Under the pieces are notes generated by a model. That model had not been told where the DNA came from, did not search any database, and worked only from the letters and a program-made list of their open reading frames with translations. A DNA stretch of 60,689 bases from Haloferacaceae archaeon (GTDB taxonomy: Archaea > Halobacteriota > Halobacteria > Halobacteriales > Haloferacaceae), in the NCBI GenBank assembly GCA_042219485.1, contig JBDGPV010000003.1, forward strand, positions 1-60,689. The letters run 5' to 3'. A program made the translations under genes and the position numbers. Shown piece by piece: positions 19,134-28,367 of this stretch (its first letter is position 1; the number at the start of each line of letters is the position of its first letter).

Positions 19134-20153
19134 TCACCCGGTTCCCCCGCGCTCGCCGCCGTCGCGCGCGGCAGGCCGCGCCCACCGCCACCACCTGAGC
19201 GCGGGGACCGCCACCGGCGCCGTCCCCCGTCCCCGCCGCCGACGGGCGTACCCGACGACGGCGGCGATCCCGACGGCCATCGCGCCGACGCCCGTCAGGC
19301 CGGCCTCGGGGCCGAACGCGCCGCCGGTCGCGACCCGCGGCCCGGACCGCGCGAGGACGAGCGCCGAGACGCCGAGGTCCACCCCGCTGACCGGGTAGCC
19401 GTAGACCGGGCCCTGAAACAGGTTCCAGGCCACGTGGAGGCCGATCGGGAGGCCCAGCTCGCCCGTGAGGACGTAGGCGAGCGCGAGCATGACCCCCCCG
19501 AGCGCGACGGCGGCCGTCGAGGCGGCCGTCGCGTTCGGGTTGCCGGCGTGGAGCGCGCCGAACAGCGCCGACGAGCCGAGGGTCGCGACCGCCGCCGCCC
19601 GCCGGGGGCCGAGCGCCCGACACCCCTCCGCGAGGTTCGTGAGGGCGTACCCCCGGACGAGGAGTTCCTCGACCGCGCCCGCGCCCAGCAGGCGGACGGT
19701 GACGGCGAGGAACGCGGCCGGGAAGGCCCGCGGCCCCGCCGCCCGGGCGGTCCCGACCACGGCCGCCCAGCCGGCGGCGGACTCGACGGCGAACACGAGC
19801 GTCATCAGGGTGGCGCCGAGCAGGAGCCCCGCCCCGAAGTCCAGCCACCAGTCGCGGTCGATCCCGAGGCCGTAGTCGCGGAGCCGACGGCGGTCGAGCG
19901 CGGCCGCGGCGAGCGCGAGGAGGCAGAGGACGGCCGCGGGACCGCCGACCGCCGCGGCGACGTCCCCCGGGACGGGGCCCAGGAGCCGGTCGAGCCGACG
20001 GGGGCCGAGGCGGCCGAGGGCCCGCCCGATCCCGGCGGCCGCCAGCCCCAGCGCGAGGGCGAACAGGACCAGCCGGACCGGCGCCCGGGGGCGACGCTCG
20101 GCGGCGTTCCAGGCGGGCCACGCGAGCCGCGCGAGGGCTGCGCGTCGGCTCAT
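19134..20153 (-). CDS. CPBP family intramembrane glutamic endopeptidase (CAAX protease-like)
   Basis: Motifs EELLVRG (EExxxR), FGALH (FxxxH) and HVAWN (HxxxN) in a polytopic protein. Its ATG overlaps the upstream stop (ATGA). Confidence 0.75.
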   Translation of the reverse strand: MSRRAALARLAWPAWNAAERRPRAPVRLVLFALALGLAAAGIGRALGRLGPRRLDRLLGPVPGDVAAAVGGPAAVLCLLALAAAALDRRRLRDYGLGIDRDWWLDFGAGLLLGATLMTLVFAVESAAGWAAVVGTARAAGPRAFPAAFLAVTVRLLGAGAVEELLVRGYALTNLAEGCRALGPRRAAAVATLGSSALFGALHAGNPNATAASTAAVALGGVMLALAYVLTGELGLPIGLHVAWNLFQGPVYGYPVSGVDLGVSALVLARSGPRVATGGAFGPEAGLTGVGAMAVGIAAVVGYARRRRGRGTAPVAVPALRWWRWARPAARDGGERGGTG

Positions 20154-20533
20154 CCCGGCGCGGACCGGATGAGCAGCCACAGCGAGACGACGATCGCCCC
20201 GAGGATGACGCTCACGACGGCGTGGATGAACGTGATGTAGGCGCCCAGGCGCCGGCCGACGCCGTAGAGGCGGGCGACGAGCAGGCCGTCGATGACGAGG
20301 GCGCACCCGATCCCGAGCCACGGCGGGAGGTCGAGCGCCGTGACGATCACCGCGACGGCGGCCGGCGGCGCCCCGACGGCGAGGGCGTTGCGCGCGGCGA
20401 CGTCGCCGAGCACGTTCCGCGCGGCGATGTGGGCCGTGAGCGCGAGGAAGAGCGCGAGCGACGCGAACGTGCCCGCGACCGCGAGGGCGCCGCCGGTCGC
20501 CTGGAGCGGCGTCGTCGGCCCCGGACCCATCAC
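20150..20533 (-). CDS. Four-helix membrane protein of unknown function
   Basis: 127 aa and hydrophobic. Its start overlaps the TBP stop codon (GTGA), and its stop overlaps the CPBP start. Confidence 0.55.
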   Translation of the reverse strand: MMGPGPTTPLQATGGALAVAGTFASLALFLALTAHIAARNVLGDVAARNALAVGAPPAAVAVIVTALDLPPWLGIGCALVIDGLLVARLYGVGRRLGAYITFIHAVVSVILGAIVVSLWLLIRSAPG

Positions 20534-21090
20534 TCGAGCAGGCCGAGGTCGGTCAGCCGCGAGACGATGACGTCGACCGCCCGCTCGGCGTCCGCCGGCT
20601 CCTTCCCGCCGGTGATGACGAGCTTCCCGGATCCGAACAGCAGCGCGACCACGTCGGGCTCGTCGAGCCGGTAGACCAGGCCGGGGAACTGCTCGGGCTC
20701 GTACTCGATGTTCTCCAGGCCCAGGCCGATGGCGATGGCGTTCAGGTTGAGCGTCCGCCCGAGGTCCGCGGACGTGACGATGTTCTGGACGGTGATCTCG
20801 GGGTCGTCCTCGACGCGGATGTTCAGGTCGCGGAGCTTCTCGAAGACCAGCCGGAGGCTCTCGTGGACGTCGTCGGTCGACTTCGCGCCGGTGCAGACGA
20901 TCTTTCCCGACCGGAAGATCAGCGCGGCCGACTTGGGGTCCTGCGTGCGGTAGACCAGGCCCGGGAACTGCTCGGGATCGTAGTCCGCTCCCTCGAGGTC
21001 CATCGCGACGCTCTGGAGGTCGAGCTCCTGGCCGATGCCCGTCGAGGCGACGACGTTCTCGATGTTGATCGTTTCCTTCGGATCCGTCAT
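20530..21090 (-). CDS. tbp: TATA-box binding protein
   Basis: 186 aa with two direct repeats, each containing EQFPGLVYR. NIVASTGIGQELDL is canonical archaeal TBP. Confidence 0.95.
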   Translation of the reverse strand: MTDPKETINIENVVASTGIGQELDLQSVAMDLEGADYDPEQFPGLVYRTQDPKSAALIFRSGKIVCTGAKSTDDVHESLRLVFEKLRDLNIRVEDDPEITVQNIVTSADLGRTLNLNAIAIGLGLENIEYEPEQFPGLVYRLDEPDVVALLFGSGKLVITGGKEPADAERAVDVIVSRLTDLGLLE

Positions 21091-21114
21091 CCCTGGCTTA
21101 AGTACCGCGGCTAA

Positions 21115-21125
21115 GATTTAAAAAG
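21115..21125 (-). promoter_or_regulatory. TATA box of the tbp promoter
   Basis: CCTTTTTAAATC on the minus strand, centred about 30 nt upstream of the tbp ATG. It is the only AT-rich patch in the tbp/trm11 divergent spacer. Confidence 0.55.
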
Positions 21126-21168
21126 GTTGGTGGGGGATCTGATAGGTCACCCGCCCGACGACAGCCCT

Positions 21169-22257
21169 ATGTCGGCGCCCGGGTTTGGGGGCGACGTGCA
21201 CGGCCTGGAGTTCGGCGGCGAGGACGACGCGTTCGCGGCCCTGGAGGCCGGGAGCGTCGCGGCCGACGTGACCGTCGTCGCGCCGGGGCTGGCGACCGCG
21301 ACCGGCCTGCGCGTCGGCCGGGTCCGCCACCTCGCGTACACCCGGGCGGCGGTCGACCTCCTGGGCCGGACGGCCGCCGACGTGGACGCGGCGCGGGCGC
21401 TGGTGGCGGCGGCGTCGCTCGACCGCGCGGGCACCGTCGCGGTCCGCGCCCGGGACGTCCGCGGGACCGCCGGCGTCTCGACGGCCGCGGCCGAGCGCGA
21501 ACTGGGCGCGGCGCTCGTCGCCCGGGGGTTCGCGGTCGACCTCGACGACCCCGACCACGTCCTCCGGGCCTCGTTCGGCGGCGACGCCTGCCTCGTCGGC
21601 TGGCAGGTCGCCGAGAGCGTCCGGGACTACGGCGACCGGGCGCCGACGGACCGCCCGTTCTTCCAGCCCGGGGCGATGGACCCGCTGGACGCCCGTGCGG
21701 TCGCCAACGTGGCCGGCGCCGGCCCCGGCCGGCGCGTGCTCGACCCGATGTGTGGCACCGGCGGCCTGCTGATCGAGGCGGGGCTGGTCGGCGCCCTCGT
21801 GGTCGGCGCCGACGCCCAGCGGAAGATGGTTCGCGGCGCCCGGGAGAACCTCCGGGCGTACCTGGGGACCGGGCGGGACGGTGACGGCGGCGACGACGGA
21901 GCGAACCGCGACGGGCCGGACGGGCGTGCGGGCGACGGGCCCGCCGCCGACGCCCGCGGTGCCGGCGCCGCCGTCGAACTCCTGCGCGCCGACGCGACCG
22001 CCCTGCCCCTCCGGGACGACGCCGTCGACGCGGTGGTGGTGGACGCCCCGTACGGCCGGCAGTCGCGGGTCGTCGGGGGCGACGACCTGCTCGCTGGCGT
22101 CCTGTCGGAGGCCCGCCGGGTGGCCCCCCGGGCCGCCGTCGTCGGGGACCGGCCGCTGCGGGACGCCGCGGCGGCCGCCGGGTGGACCGTCGAGGCGGTC
22201 CACGAGCGGCGGGTCCACCGGTCGCTCACCCGGCACGTCCACGCGCTGACGGCCTGA
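21169..22257 (+). CDS. THUMP-domain tRNA (guanine-N2)-methyltransferase, Trm11/TrmG10-like
   Basis: LEFGGEDDAFAALE N-terminus, SAM motif VLDPMCGTGGLLIEA, and catalytic DAPYG. The start is uncertain (21127 or 21169). Confidence 0.7.
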   Translation: MSAPGFGGDVHGLEFGGEDDAFAALEAGSVAADVTVVAPGLATATGLRVGRVRHLAYTRAAVDLLGRTAADVDAARALVAAASLDRAGTVAVRARDVRGTAGVSTAAAERELGAALVARGFAVDLDDPDHVLRASFGGDACLVGWQVAESVRDYGDRAPTDRPFFQPGAMDPLDARAVANVAGAGPGRRVLDPMCGTGGLLIEAGLVGALVVGADAQRKMVRGARENLRAYLGTGRDGDGGDDGANRDGPDGRAGDGPAADARGAGAAVELLRADATALPLRDDAVDAVVVDAPYGRQSRVVGGDDLLAGVLSEARRVAPRAAVVGDRPLRDAAAAAGWTVEAVHERRVHRSLTRHVHALTA

Positions 22258-22263
22258 CCCCGC

Positions 22264-22878
22264 TCAGTCGGACGCCCCGGCGGCGTCGGGCGCGCCGGCG
22301 ATCACCGTCTCGCCCGCCCGGACGCGCTCGCCGGTCGAGACCCGCACGTCGTCCGGGTCGACGCCCGCGGGCAGGACCACGTCCACCCGGGAGCCGAAGG
22401 CGATGTGCCCGACCCGCTCGCCCCGCCCGACCCGGTCGCCCGGCGCGACGTAGGGCGTGATCCGGCGGGCGACCGTCCCGGCCACGAGCGCGAGGTCGTA
22501 CTCGGGGTCCGCGAACCCGATCTCGACGCGCTCGTTGCGCTCGGAGGCCTTCGAGAACGCGGGGAGGTGGCCGCCCGGCCGGTGGTCGACGCGGCTGACG
22601 TCCCCGGCCAGCGGCGCCCGGTTGACGTGGACGTCGGTGACGTTCATGAAGATCCCGACCCGGACCCGGCCGTCCTCCTCGCGGACGATCCTGACGCGGC
22701 CGTCGGCCGGCGAGACGATCCCCGACGGCGGCGGCGTCCGCTCGGGATCGCGGTAGAACGCCAGGACGGCGTAGCCCGCCAGCGCCAGCGCCAGCGCGAC
22801 CGTCGGGACGACGAGCGCCGGCAGCGCCAGCGCGAACAGCGCGAACGCGCGCCGCCATCCCCCCGGCGCGACGCGCAT
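22264..22878 (-). CDS. psd: Phosphatidylserine (archaetidylserine) decarboxylase proenzyme
   Basis: N-terminal membrane anchor, SPADGRV, VHVNRAP, and the self-cleavage-type FGSR motif. Confidence 0.8.
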   Translation of the reverse strand: MRVAPGGWRRAFALFALALPALVVPTVALALALAGYAVLAFYRDPERTPPPSGIVSPADGRVRIVREEDGRVRVGIFMNVTDVHVNRAPLAGDVSRVDHRPGGHLPAFSKASERNERVEIGFADPEYDLALVAGTVARRITPYVAPGDRVGRGERVGHIAFGSRVDVVLPAGVDPDDVRVSTGERVRAGETVIAGAPDAAGASD

Positions 22879-22881
22879 GGA

Positions 22882-23994
22882 TCAGTCCGCCGCCTCCCCC
22901 GTCTCCCCCGCCCCGGCCGTCCCCTCCGTCCCGTCGGCGTCCGTCCCCCACCGGGCGAGCAGCCGCGCGAGGTGGAGGCGGTCGTTCGTCCCCGTGACGA
23001 GGTCGTGATCGACGGGGCCGGCCAGCCGGTGGAGGCGGGCGACCGTGTCGCCGTCGTACGCCGCCGCCGCCCGCGCGACCCGGAGGAGGTCGCGCAGGAG
23101 CGTCGGGCCGTCGTAGCCCTCATCCAGCAGGTCGTCGATCCCGTCCCGGGCGCCGGCGATGTCGCCCGCCCGGGCGTCGGCGAGCACCGCCCGCAGCGCG
23201 TCGTCGTGACCGACCTCCGAGAGCGCCTCGTAGGCGGCCTCCTCGGTGATCTCGCCGGCCTCGACCGCCACCGACTGTGCGCCGAGGGTCGCCGCCCGCA
23301 CGTCGCCGTCGGCGTACCCCGCCACGTACTCGAGGCCCGCCCGGTCGTGGGCGACGCCCTCGCGCTCGACGATCCGTTCGAGCGCCCCGACCAGTTCGTC
23401 CACCGTCGGGGCGCGCACCGGGACCGGGAAACACCGCGACCGGATCGGGGGGATGAGCTTCGAGGGCTGGCGCGTGACGAGCACGAACTGCGTGGTGCGG
23501 TGGTTGCGCTCGATCACCCGGCGCAGCGCCTGCTGGAAGTCCTCGCGGATCGCCTCGCAGTTGTCGAGCACCAGCGTCTTGTAGCTCCCCGTGGCGGGGG
23601 CGTGGCCGGCGTACTCCGCCAGGACGTGGCCGAGCATCGACCGCTTCGACCAGTCGCGCTTGTACTTGTTGCGCCGGTCGCCGGCGCGGCGGTACTGCTT
23701 GGAGACCTCGGTCTGCCCCTGCAGGAAATGCTCGAACCGGGGGTCCTCGCGGATCTCCTTTTTCGTCCGGTCGAAGAAGTCCGCCACGTTGAGTTCGAAC
23801 AGGTCCGACTCGGGGTCGGCGTGGGCCGCCCGGGCCATCGCGCGGACCCCGGCCGTCTTGCCGACCCCGGGCGGGCCCTGGACCACGAGGTTCAGCGGCT
23901 GGTCGACCGCCCGCTCCAGCCGCTCCCGGGCCTCGGACTGCGGGAGGTCGTCGAGGTCCGGGGCGTGGGCCTCGGTCCACAGCGGCGCGTCCAT
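22882..23994 (-). CDS. rfcC: Replication factor C small subunit (haloarchaeal RfcC-like paralog with an insertion)
   Basis: Walker A GPPGVGKT, LDNCE (a DExx variant), and the SRC motif IRSRC. There is a basic insertion, KQYRRAGDRRNKYKRDW. Confidence 0.8.
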   Translation of the reverse strand: MDAPLWTEAHAPDLDDLPQSEARERLERAVDQPLNLVVQGPPGVGKTAGVRAMARAAHADPESDLFELNVADFFDRTKKEIREDPRFEHFLQGQTEVSKQYRRAGDRRNKYKRDWSKRSMLGHVLAEYAGHAPATGSYKTLVLDNCEAIREDFQQALRRVIERNHRTTQFVLVTRQPSKLIPPIRSRCFPVPVRAPTVDELVGALERIVEREGVAHDRAGLEYVAGYADGDVRAATLGAQSVAVEAGEITEEAAYEALSEVGHDDALRAVLADARAGDIAGARDGIDDLLDEGYDGPTLLRDLLRVARAAAAYDGDTVARLHRLAGPVDHDLVTGTNDRLHLARLLARWGTDADGTEGTAGAGETGEAAD

Positions 23995-24150
23995 CGCCCC
24001 CGGCTACCGGGCGCCGGAGTAAAACCCCTCCGCTCGGGGACGCCCCCGGCCGGTCGCCGACGCCCCCGACCGCCGGCCGCCGCGCGGCCCGCTCCCGCCC
24101 GCCGCCCGCGACCCGACGCGCCTAAGCCCGTCGGTCCCACACCCCCGGCC

Positions 24151-25089
24151 ATGGCGCTCCGCGTGACGTTTCTGGGCACGAGCGGCGCGGTCCCGACGAC
24201 CGACCGTGCTCCGAGCGCGATCCACGTCAACCGCGAGGGCGACCAGTTCCTGTTCGACTGCGGCGAGGGGACCCAGCGCCAGATGATGCGGTTCGGCACC
24301 GGTTTCGCGCTCTCGCATGTCTTCGTCACGCACCTCCACGGCGACCACGTGCTCGGCATCCCGGGGCTGGTCCAGAGCTTCGACTTCAACGACCGGGAGG
24401 CCCCGCTCGCGGTCCACGGCCCGCCCGGCACGAAGGGCCACCTCCAGGACCTGGTCCGCGCCGCCGGCCACCGCCCCGGGTTTCCGGTCCGGGTCCGGGA
24501 GGTCGCGCCCGGGGACGTCGCGCTCGCGGCCGACGGCTACGAGGTCCGGGCGTTCGACGCCGACCACCGGACCACGGCGGTCGGCTACGCGCTGGTCGAG
24601 GACGACCGCCCCGGCCGGTTCGACCGGGAGAAAGCCGAGGAGGCCCTCGGCATCCCGCCGGGCCCGGCGTACGGGCGCCTCCACGCCGGCGAGTCGGTCG
24701 AACTCGACGACGGGCGCGTGATCGATCCGGAGCAAGTGGTCGGCCCGCCCCGGCCCGGTCGGCGGGTGGTCTACACGGGCGACACCCGCCCGACCGAGGC
24801 GACCGTCGCGGCCGCCGCGGACGCCGACCTGCTGATCCACGACGGCACCTTCGCCGAGAGCGAGGCCGACCGGGCCCGGGCGACCGGCCACTCGACCGCC
24901 CGGGAGGCGGCCGGGGTCGCCGCCCGCGCCGGCGCCCGGCGGCTGGCGCTGACCCACGTCTCCTCGCGGTACGCGGGCGACCCCTCCGTCCTCGCACGGG
25001 AGGCGCGCGACCGGTTCGACGGCGAGGCGTTCGTCGCCGAGGACGGCCGGACCGTCGAGGTGCCCTTCCCCGACGCGGACGACGCCTGA
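24151..25089 (+). CDS. rnz: Ribonuclease Z
   Basis: FLGTSGAVPT, HLHGDH, and the C-terminal THVSSRY. It is the 3' part of a shadow ORF. A CCTAAGCC box lies about 28 nt upstream. Confidence 0.9.
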   Translation: MALRVTFLGTSGAVPTTDRAPSAIHVNREGDQFLFDCGEGTQRQMMRFGTGFALSHVFVTHLHGDHVLGIPGLVQSFDFNDREAPLAVHGPPGTKGHLQDLVRAAGHRPGFPVRVREVAPGDVALAADGYEVRAFDADHRTTAVGYALVEDDRPGRFDREKAEEALGIPPGPAYGRLHAGESVELDDGRVIDPEQVVGPPRPGRRVVYTGDTRPTEATVAAAADADLLIHDGTFAESEADRARATGHSTAREAAGVAARAGARRLALTHVSSRYAGDPSVLAREARDRFDGEAFVAEDGRTVEVPFPDADDA

Positions 25090-25119
25090 CTTTTCAGCCC
25101 CCGGGCCCTCGCCCCGGCG

Positions 25120-26010
25120 ATGTCCGATCCCGCCCCCGATCCGGCCCCGGACGGCCCCCGGTTCCACCTGGTCGACGTGTTCGCCGAGCGCCCGTACGCC
25201 GGCAACCAGCTCGCGGTCGTCGAGTCCCGCGGCCGCCTCGACGACGACGCGATGCTCGCGCTGGCCGCGGAGTTCGGCTTCTCCGAGACCACCTTCGTCG
25301 AGTCCGTCGCGGACGGCACGGTCCGGATCTTCACCCCGGAGGCCGAGATCGACTTCGCCGGCCACCCGACGCTCGGGACCGCCCACGTCCTGCGGACCCT
25401 GCGCGGCGAGGGCGAGGGCGAGGGGGACACGACGCTCGACCTCGGGGTCGGGCCGGTGCCCGTCGCCGCCCGCGAGGACGGCACCCTCTGGATGACCCAG
25501 CGGGCGCCGACGTTCGGCGACGAGCTCGACCCGGCGACGGTCGCGGGGGTGCTCGGCCTCGCGCCGGACGCGGTCGAGGGCACCCCCCAGGTCGTCTCGA
25601 CCGGGCTGCCGACCGCCGTGGTCGGGCTGTCCGACCGCGGGGCCCTGACGGCGATCGACCTCGACCGCGACGCCTACGACGCGTTCGTCGACGGCCGGGA
25701 CGCGAAGAACGTGCTGGCGTTCTGTGCCGACCCCCGAGACGGGGCACACGACCTCGCGGCGCGGGTGTTCGCCCCGTTCTACGGCGTGCCCGAGGACCCC
25801 GCGACGGGCTCCTCGAACGGCTGTCTCGCCGCCTACCTCGCCCGCCGCCGGTGGTTCGGGGCCGCGACCGTCGAGGCCCGCGTCGAGCAGGGCCACGAGA
25901 TGGGCCGGCCGTCGCTGCTCGGGATCGAGGCGACCGACGGGGCCGACGGGGTGACCGTCGGGGTCGGCGGCCGGGTGATCCCGGTCGGCCGGGGGCGGCT
26001 CGCCCGGTAG
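25120..26010 (+). CDS. PhzF family isomerase
   Basis: VDVFAERPYAGNQLAVV, FSETTF, GHPTLGTAHV and EDPATGSS motifs. Confidence 0.8.
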   Translation: MSDPAPDPAPDGPRFHLVDVFAERPYAGNQLAVVESRGRLDDDAMLALAAEFGFSETTFVESVADGTVRIFTPEAEIDFAGHPTLGTAHVLRTLRGEGEGEGDTTLDLGVGPVPVAAREDGTLWMTQRAPTFGDELDPATVAGVLGLAPDAVEGTPQVVSTGLPTAVVGLSDRGALTAIDLDRDAYDAFVDGRDAKNVLAFCADPRDGAHDLAARVFAPFYGVPEDPATGSSNGCLAAYLARRRWFGAATVEARVEQGHEMGRPSLLGIEATDGADGVTVGVGGRVIPVGRGRLAR

Positions 26011-26139
26011 ATCCGCGCGGTCCGGCGGCCGGGCGGCCCCGGTTTCCCGTCCCGTCCGCCCCCGGCCCTCGCGCCCGTCCGGCGATCGCCCCGCCGCCGC
26101 GGCGTGGGGTATTTGGGCGGCCGTCGCCAACGGCGTGGC

Positions 26140-28131
26140 GTGACCGCCCGGACGAGCGCGCTCGACTCGCTGGTCTACGGCGTGGACGTCCAGAGCGGGG
26201 ACGTCCGCGGCGACGCCCCGTCGTTCGCGCTGGTGGCGCTCGACGGCCGCGGCGGGGACGAGGGGCCGTCCGTCGAGCGCGACGTGGTGACCTACCGGAA
26301 ACTGCGCCGCCTGGTCGAGCGCGAGGAGCCGGCGCTGCTGGCGACCGACAACGTCTACGAACTCGCGGCCGACAAGGACGACCTGATCCGCTTCCTGCGG
26401 TGGCTCCCCCACGAAACGACCCTCGTCCAGGTGACCGGCGCCGAGCGCCCGGAGTCGCTGTCCCGGGTCGCCTCCCGACACGGGGTTCCCTACGGCAAGG
26501 AGCCGATGGCGGAGGCGGAGGCGGCCGCGCGGCTGGCCGCCGGCAACGTCGGTCAGGCGGTGCGGGCGTTCGCCGACACCACCCGGGTCCGGGTCTCGCG
26601 GGGCCGCTCGACCGGGGGCGGCGGGTGGAGCCAGGACCGCTACACCCGACGGATCCACGGGAGCGTCAGGCGGCGCGCCCGCGAGGTCGAGTCGGCGCTC
26701 GACGACGCGGGCCTGGACTACGAGCGCGACGTCACCGAGAAGTACGGCGGCTACGCAAACGCCACCTTCGCCGTCGAGGCGCCGCCCGAGGCGATCCCCG
26801 TCTCGGCCGGCCGGAACGGCGACACCCGGGTCGAGATCGAGCAGGAGCGCCGGGACGGCATCGAGTTCGAGCCCCTGGTCCGCCGGCGAGACCGCGTCAT
26901 CGTGGGCATCGATCCCGGGACGACGACGGCGGTCGCGGTCGTGGACCTCGACGGCGAGCCCCTGGAGGTCCACTCGACGCGCACCGCCGACACCGCCGCG
27001 GTCATCGAGTGGCTGGTCGAGCGCGGCCGGCCCATCCTGGTCGCGGCCGACGTGACCCCGATGCCGGAGACGGTCGAGAAGTTCCGCCGGAGTTTCGACG
27101 CCGCGGGCTGGACGCCGACGACCGACCTCCCGGTCGACGAGAAGCTCCACCGTACCCGCGACGCCGCCTACGACAACGACCACGAGCGCGACGCGCTGGC
27201 GGCGGCGCTTTTCGCCTACGACGACCACGAGGACCAGTTCGACCGGATCGGGGCGAAGGTCCCCCCCGAGTTCGACCTCGGGGCCGTCCTCGCCCGGGTG
27301 GTGGGGAGCGACGAGTCCGTCGAGGCGGTCCTCGCGGACCTGCGCGACGACGAGGAGCCCGACGAGGCGGAGCCGGACCACGACCCCCGCGAACCCACCG
27401 AGGAGGAGCGCGAGATCCGGCGGCTGCGGCGCCGCGTCGACCGGCTCGAGTCCCACGTCGCGGACCTGGAGGACACCGTCGAGGAGAAGGAGGCGCGGAT
27501 CGCGGAGTACGAGGAGGAGCTCTCGGAGGCCCGGCGGGAGGAGCGCCGGCGGGCCCGCGAGCGCCGCGAGGTCAAGCGGCTCGAACGCGAGGCCGACCGG
27601 CTGGAGCGCGAGCGCGACGCGGAGCGCGAGCGGGTCGCGGAGCTGGAGGACAAGGTCGAGCGGCTGAAGGCGCTGTGGAAGCTCGACCACTCGAACTTCA
27701 GCGACGTCTCGGCGGGGCGGAACCTCGTCCCGGTGAAGGTGATCGAGCAGTTCACCCGGGACGCGATCGAGCGGGCCGACGAGCGGTACGGGCTGGCCGA
27801 GGGCGACGTCGTCTACCTGCGCGACGCCAGCGGCGCCGGCCGCTCGACGGCCGAACTGCTCGCCGACGCCGGCCCGCGGATCGTGCTCCGGGACGGCCGC
27901 CTCCCCGAGGCCGCCGACGAGGCCCTGTTCGACCGCGGCGTGCCCGTCGCGCCCGCCGCCGACGTGACGATCCAGGAGGTCGACGAACTCGCGGTCGCCC
28001 GCGAGAGCGAGGTCGAGGCCGCGCTCGCCGACTGGCGCGAGCGCGCCCGGGAGCGGCGCCGCGACCGGACCGCCGAGATGGTCGACGAGATCATCAGCGA
28101 GCACCGGGCCGACGGGCGGGGCGGCGACTGA
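26140..28131 (+). CDS. DUF460-type archaeal protein: RNase H/RuvC-like fold modules plus a long Glu/Arg coiled coil
   Basis: VIVGIDPGTTTAVAVVDLDGEPL (RuvC/YqgF-like), then ...DHERDALAAAL, then about 120 aa of E/R-rich heptad-like sequence. The GTG at 26140 lies 27 nt after GGTATTTGG. The ORF could instead start at 26104. Confidence 0.7.
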   Translation: MTARTSALDSLVYGVDVQSGDVRGDAPSFALVALDGRGGDEGPSVERDVVTYRKLRRLVEREEPALLATDNVYELAADKDDLIRFLRWLPHETTLVQVTGAERPESLSRVASRHGVPYGKEPMAEAEAAARLAAGNVGQAVRAFADTTRVRVSRGRSTGGGGWSQDRYTRRIHGSVRRRAREVESALDDAGLDYERDVTEKYGGYANATFAVEAPPEAIPVSAGRNGDTRVEIEQERRDGIEFEPLVRRRDRVIVGIDPGTTTAVAVVDLDGEPLEVHSTRTADTAAVIEWLVERGRPILVAADVTPMPETVEKFRRSFDAAGWTPTTDLPVDEKLHRTRDAAYDNDHERDALAAALFAYDDHEDQFDRIGAKVPPEFDLGAVLARVVGSDESVEAVLADLRDDEEPDEAEPDHDPREPTEEEREIRRLRRRVDRLESHVADLEDTVEEKEARIAEYEEELSEARREERRRARERREVKRLEREADRLERERDAERERVAELEDKVERLKALWKLDHSNFSDVSAGRNLVPVKVIEQFTRDAIERADERYGLAEGDVVYLRDASGAGRSTAELLADAGPRIVLRDGRLPEAADEALFDRGVPVAPAADVTIQEVDELAVARESEVEAALADWRERARERRRDRTAEMVDEIISEHRADGRGGD

Positions 28132-28367
28132 CCCCCACGGTCCGGCCCCGGTCCGCCGGTGCCGGCTCGGCCCGCCCCGGGATCGAAGAGCCGCGGAGTC
28201 ACGGAACCCAAGGGCCACGGAGCCCGGAGCCCCGGAACCGCGGAGCCCGCGGCGTCGCGGGCCGGCAGAGGTTAGGCCGTCGCCGTCGTTCGGGGCCGTA
28301 TGACCGCCGACGCGACGGCCGGCGCGCCCGCCGACCGATCCGTCCCGACGCGGGGGGGAGGGCCGGC

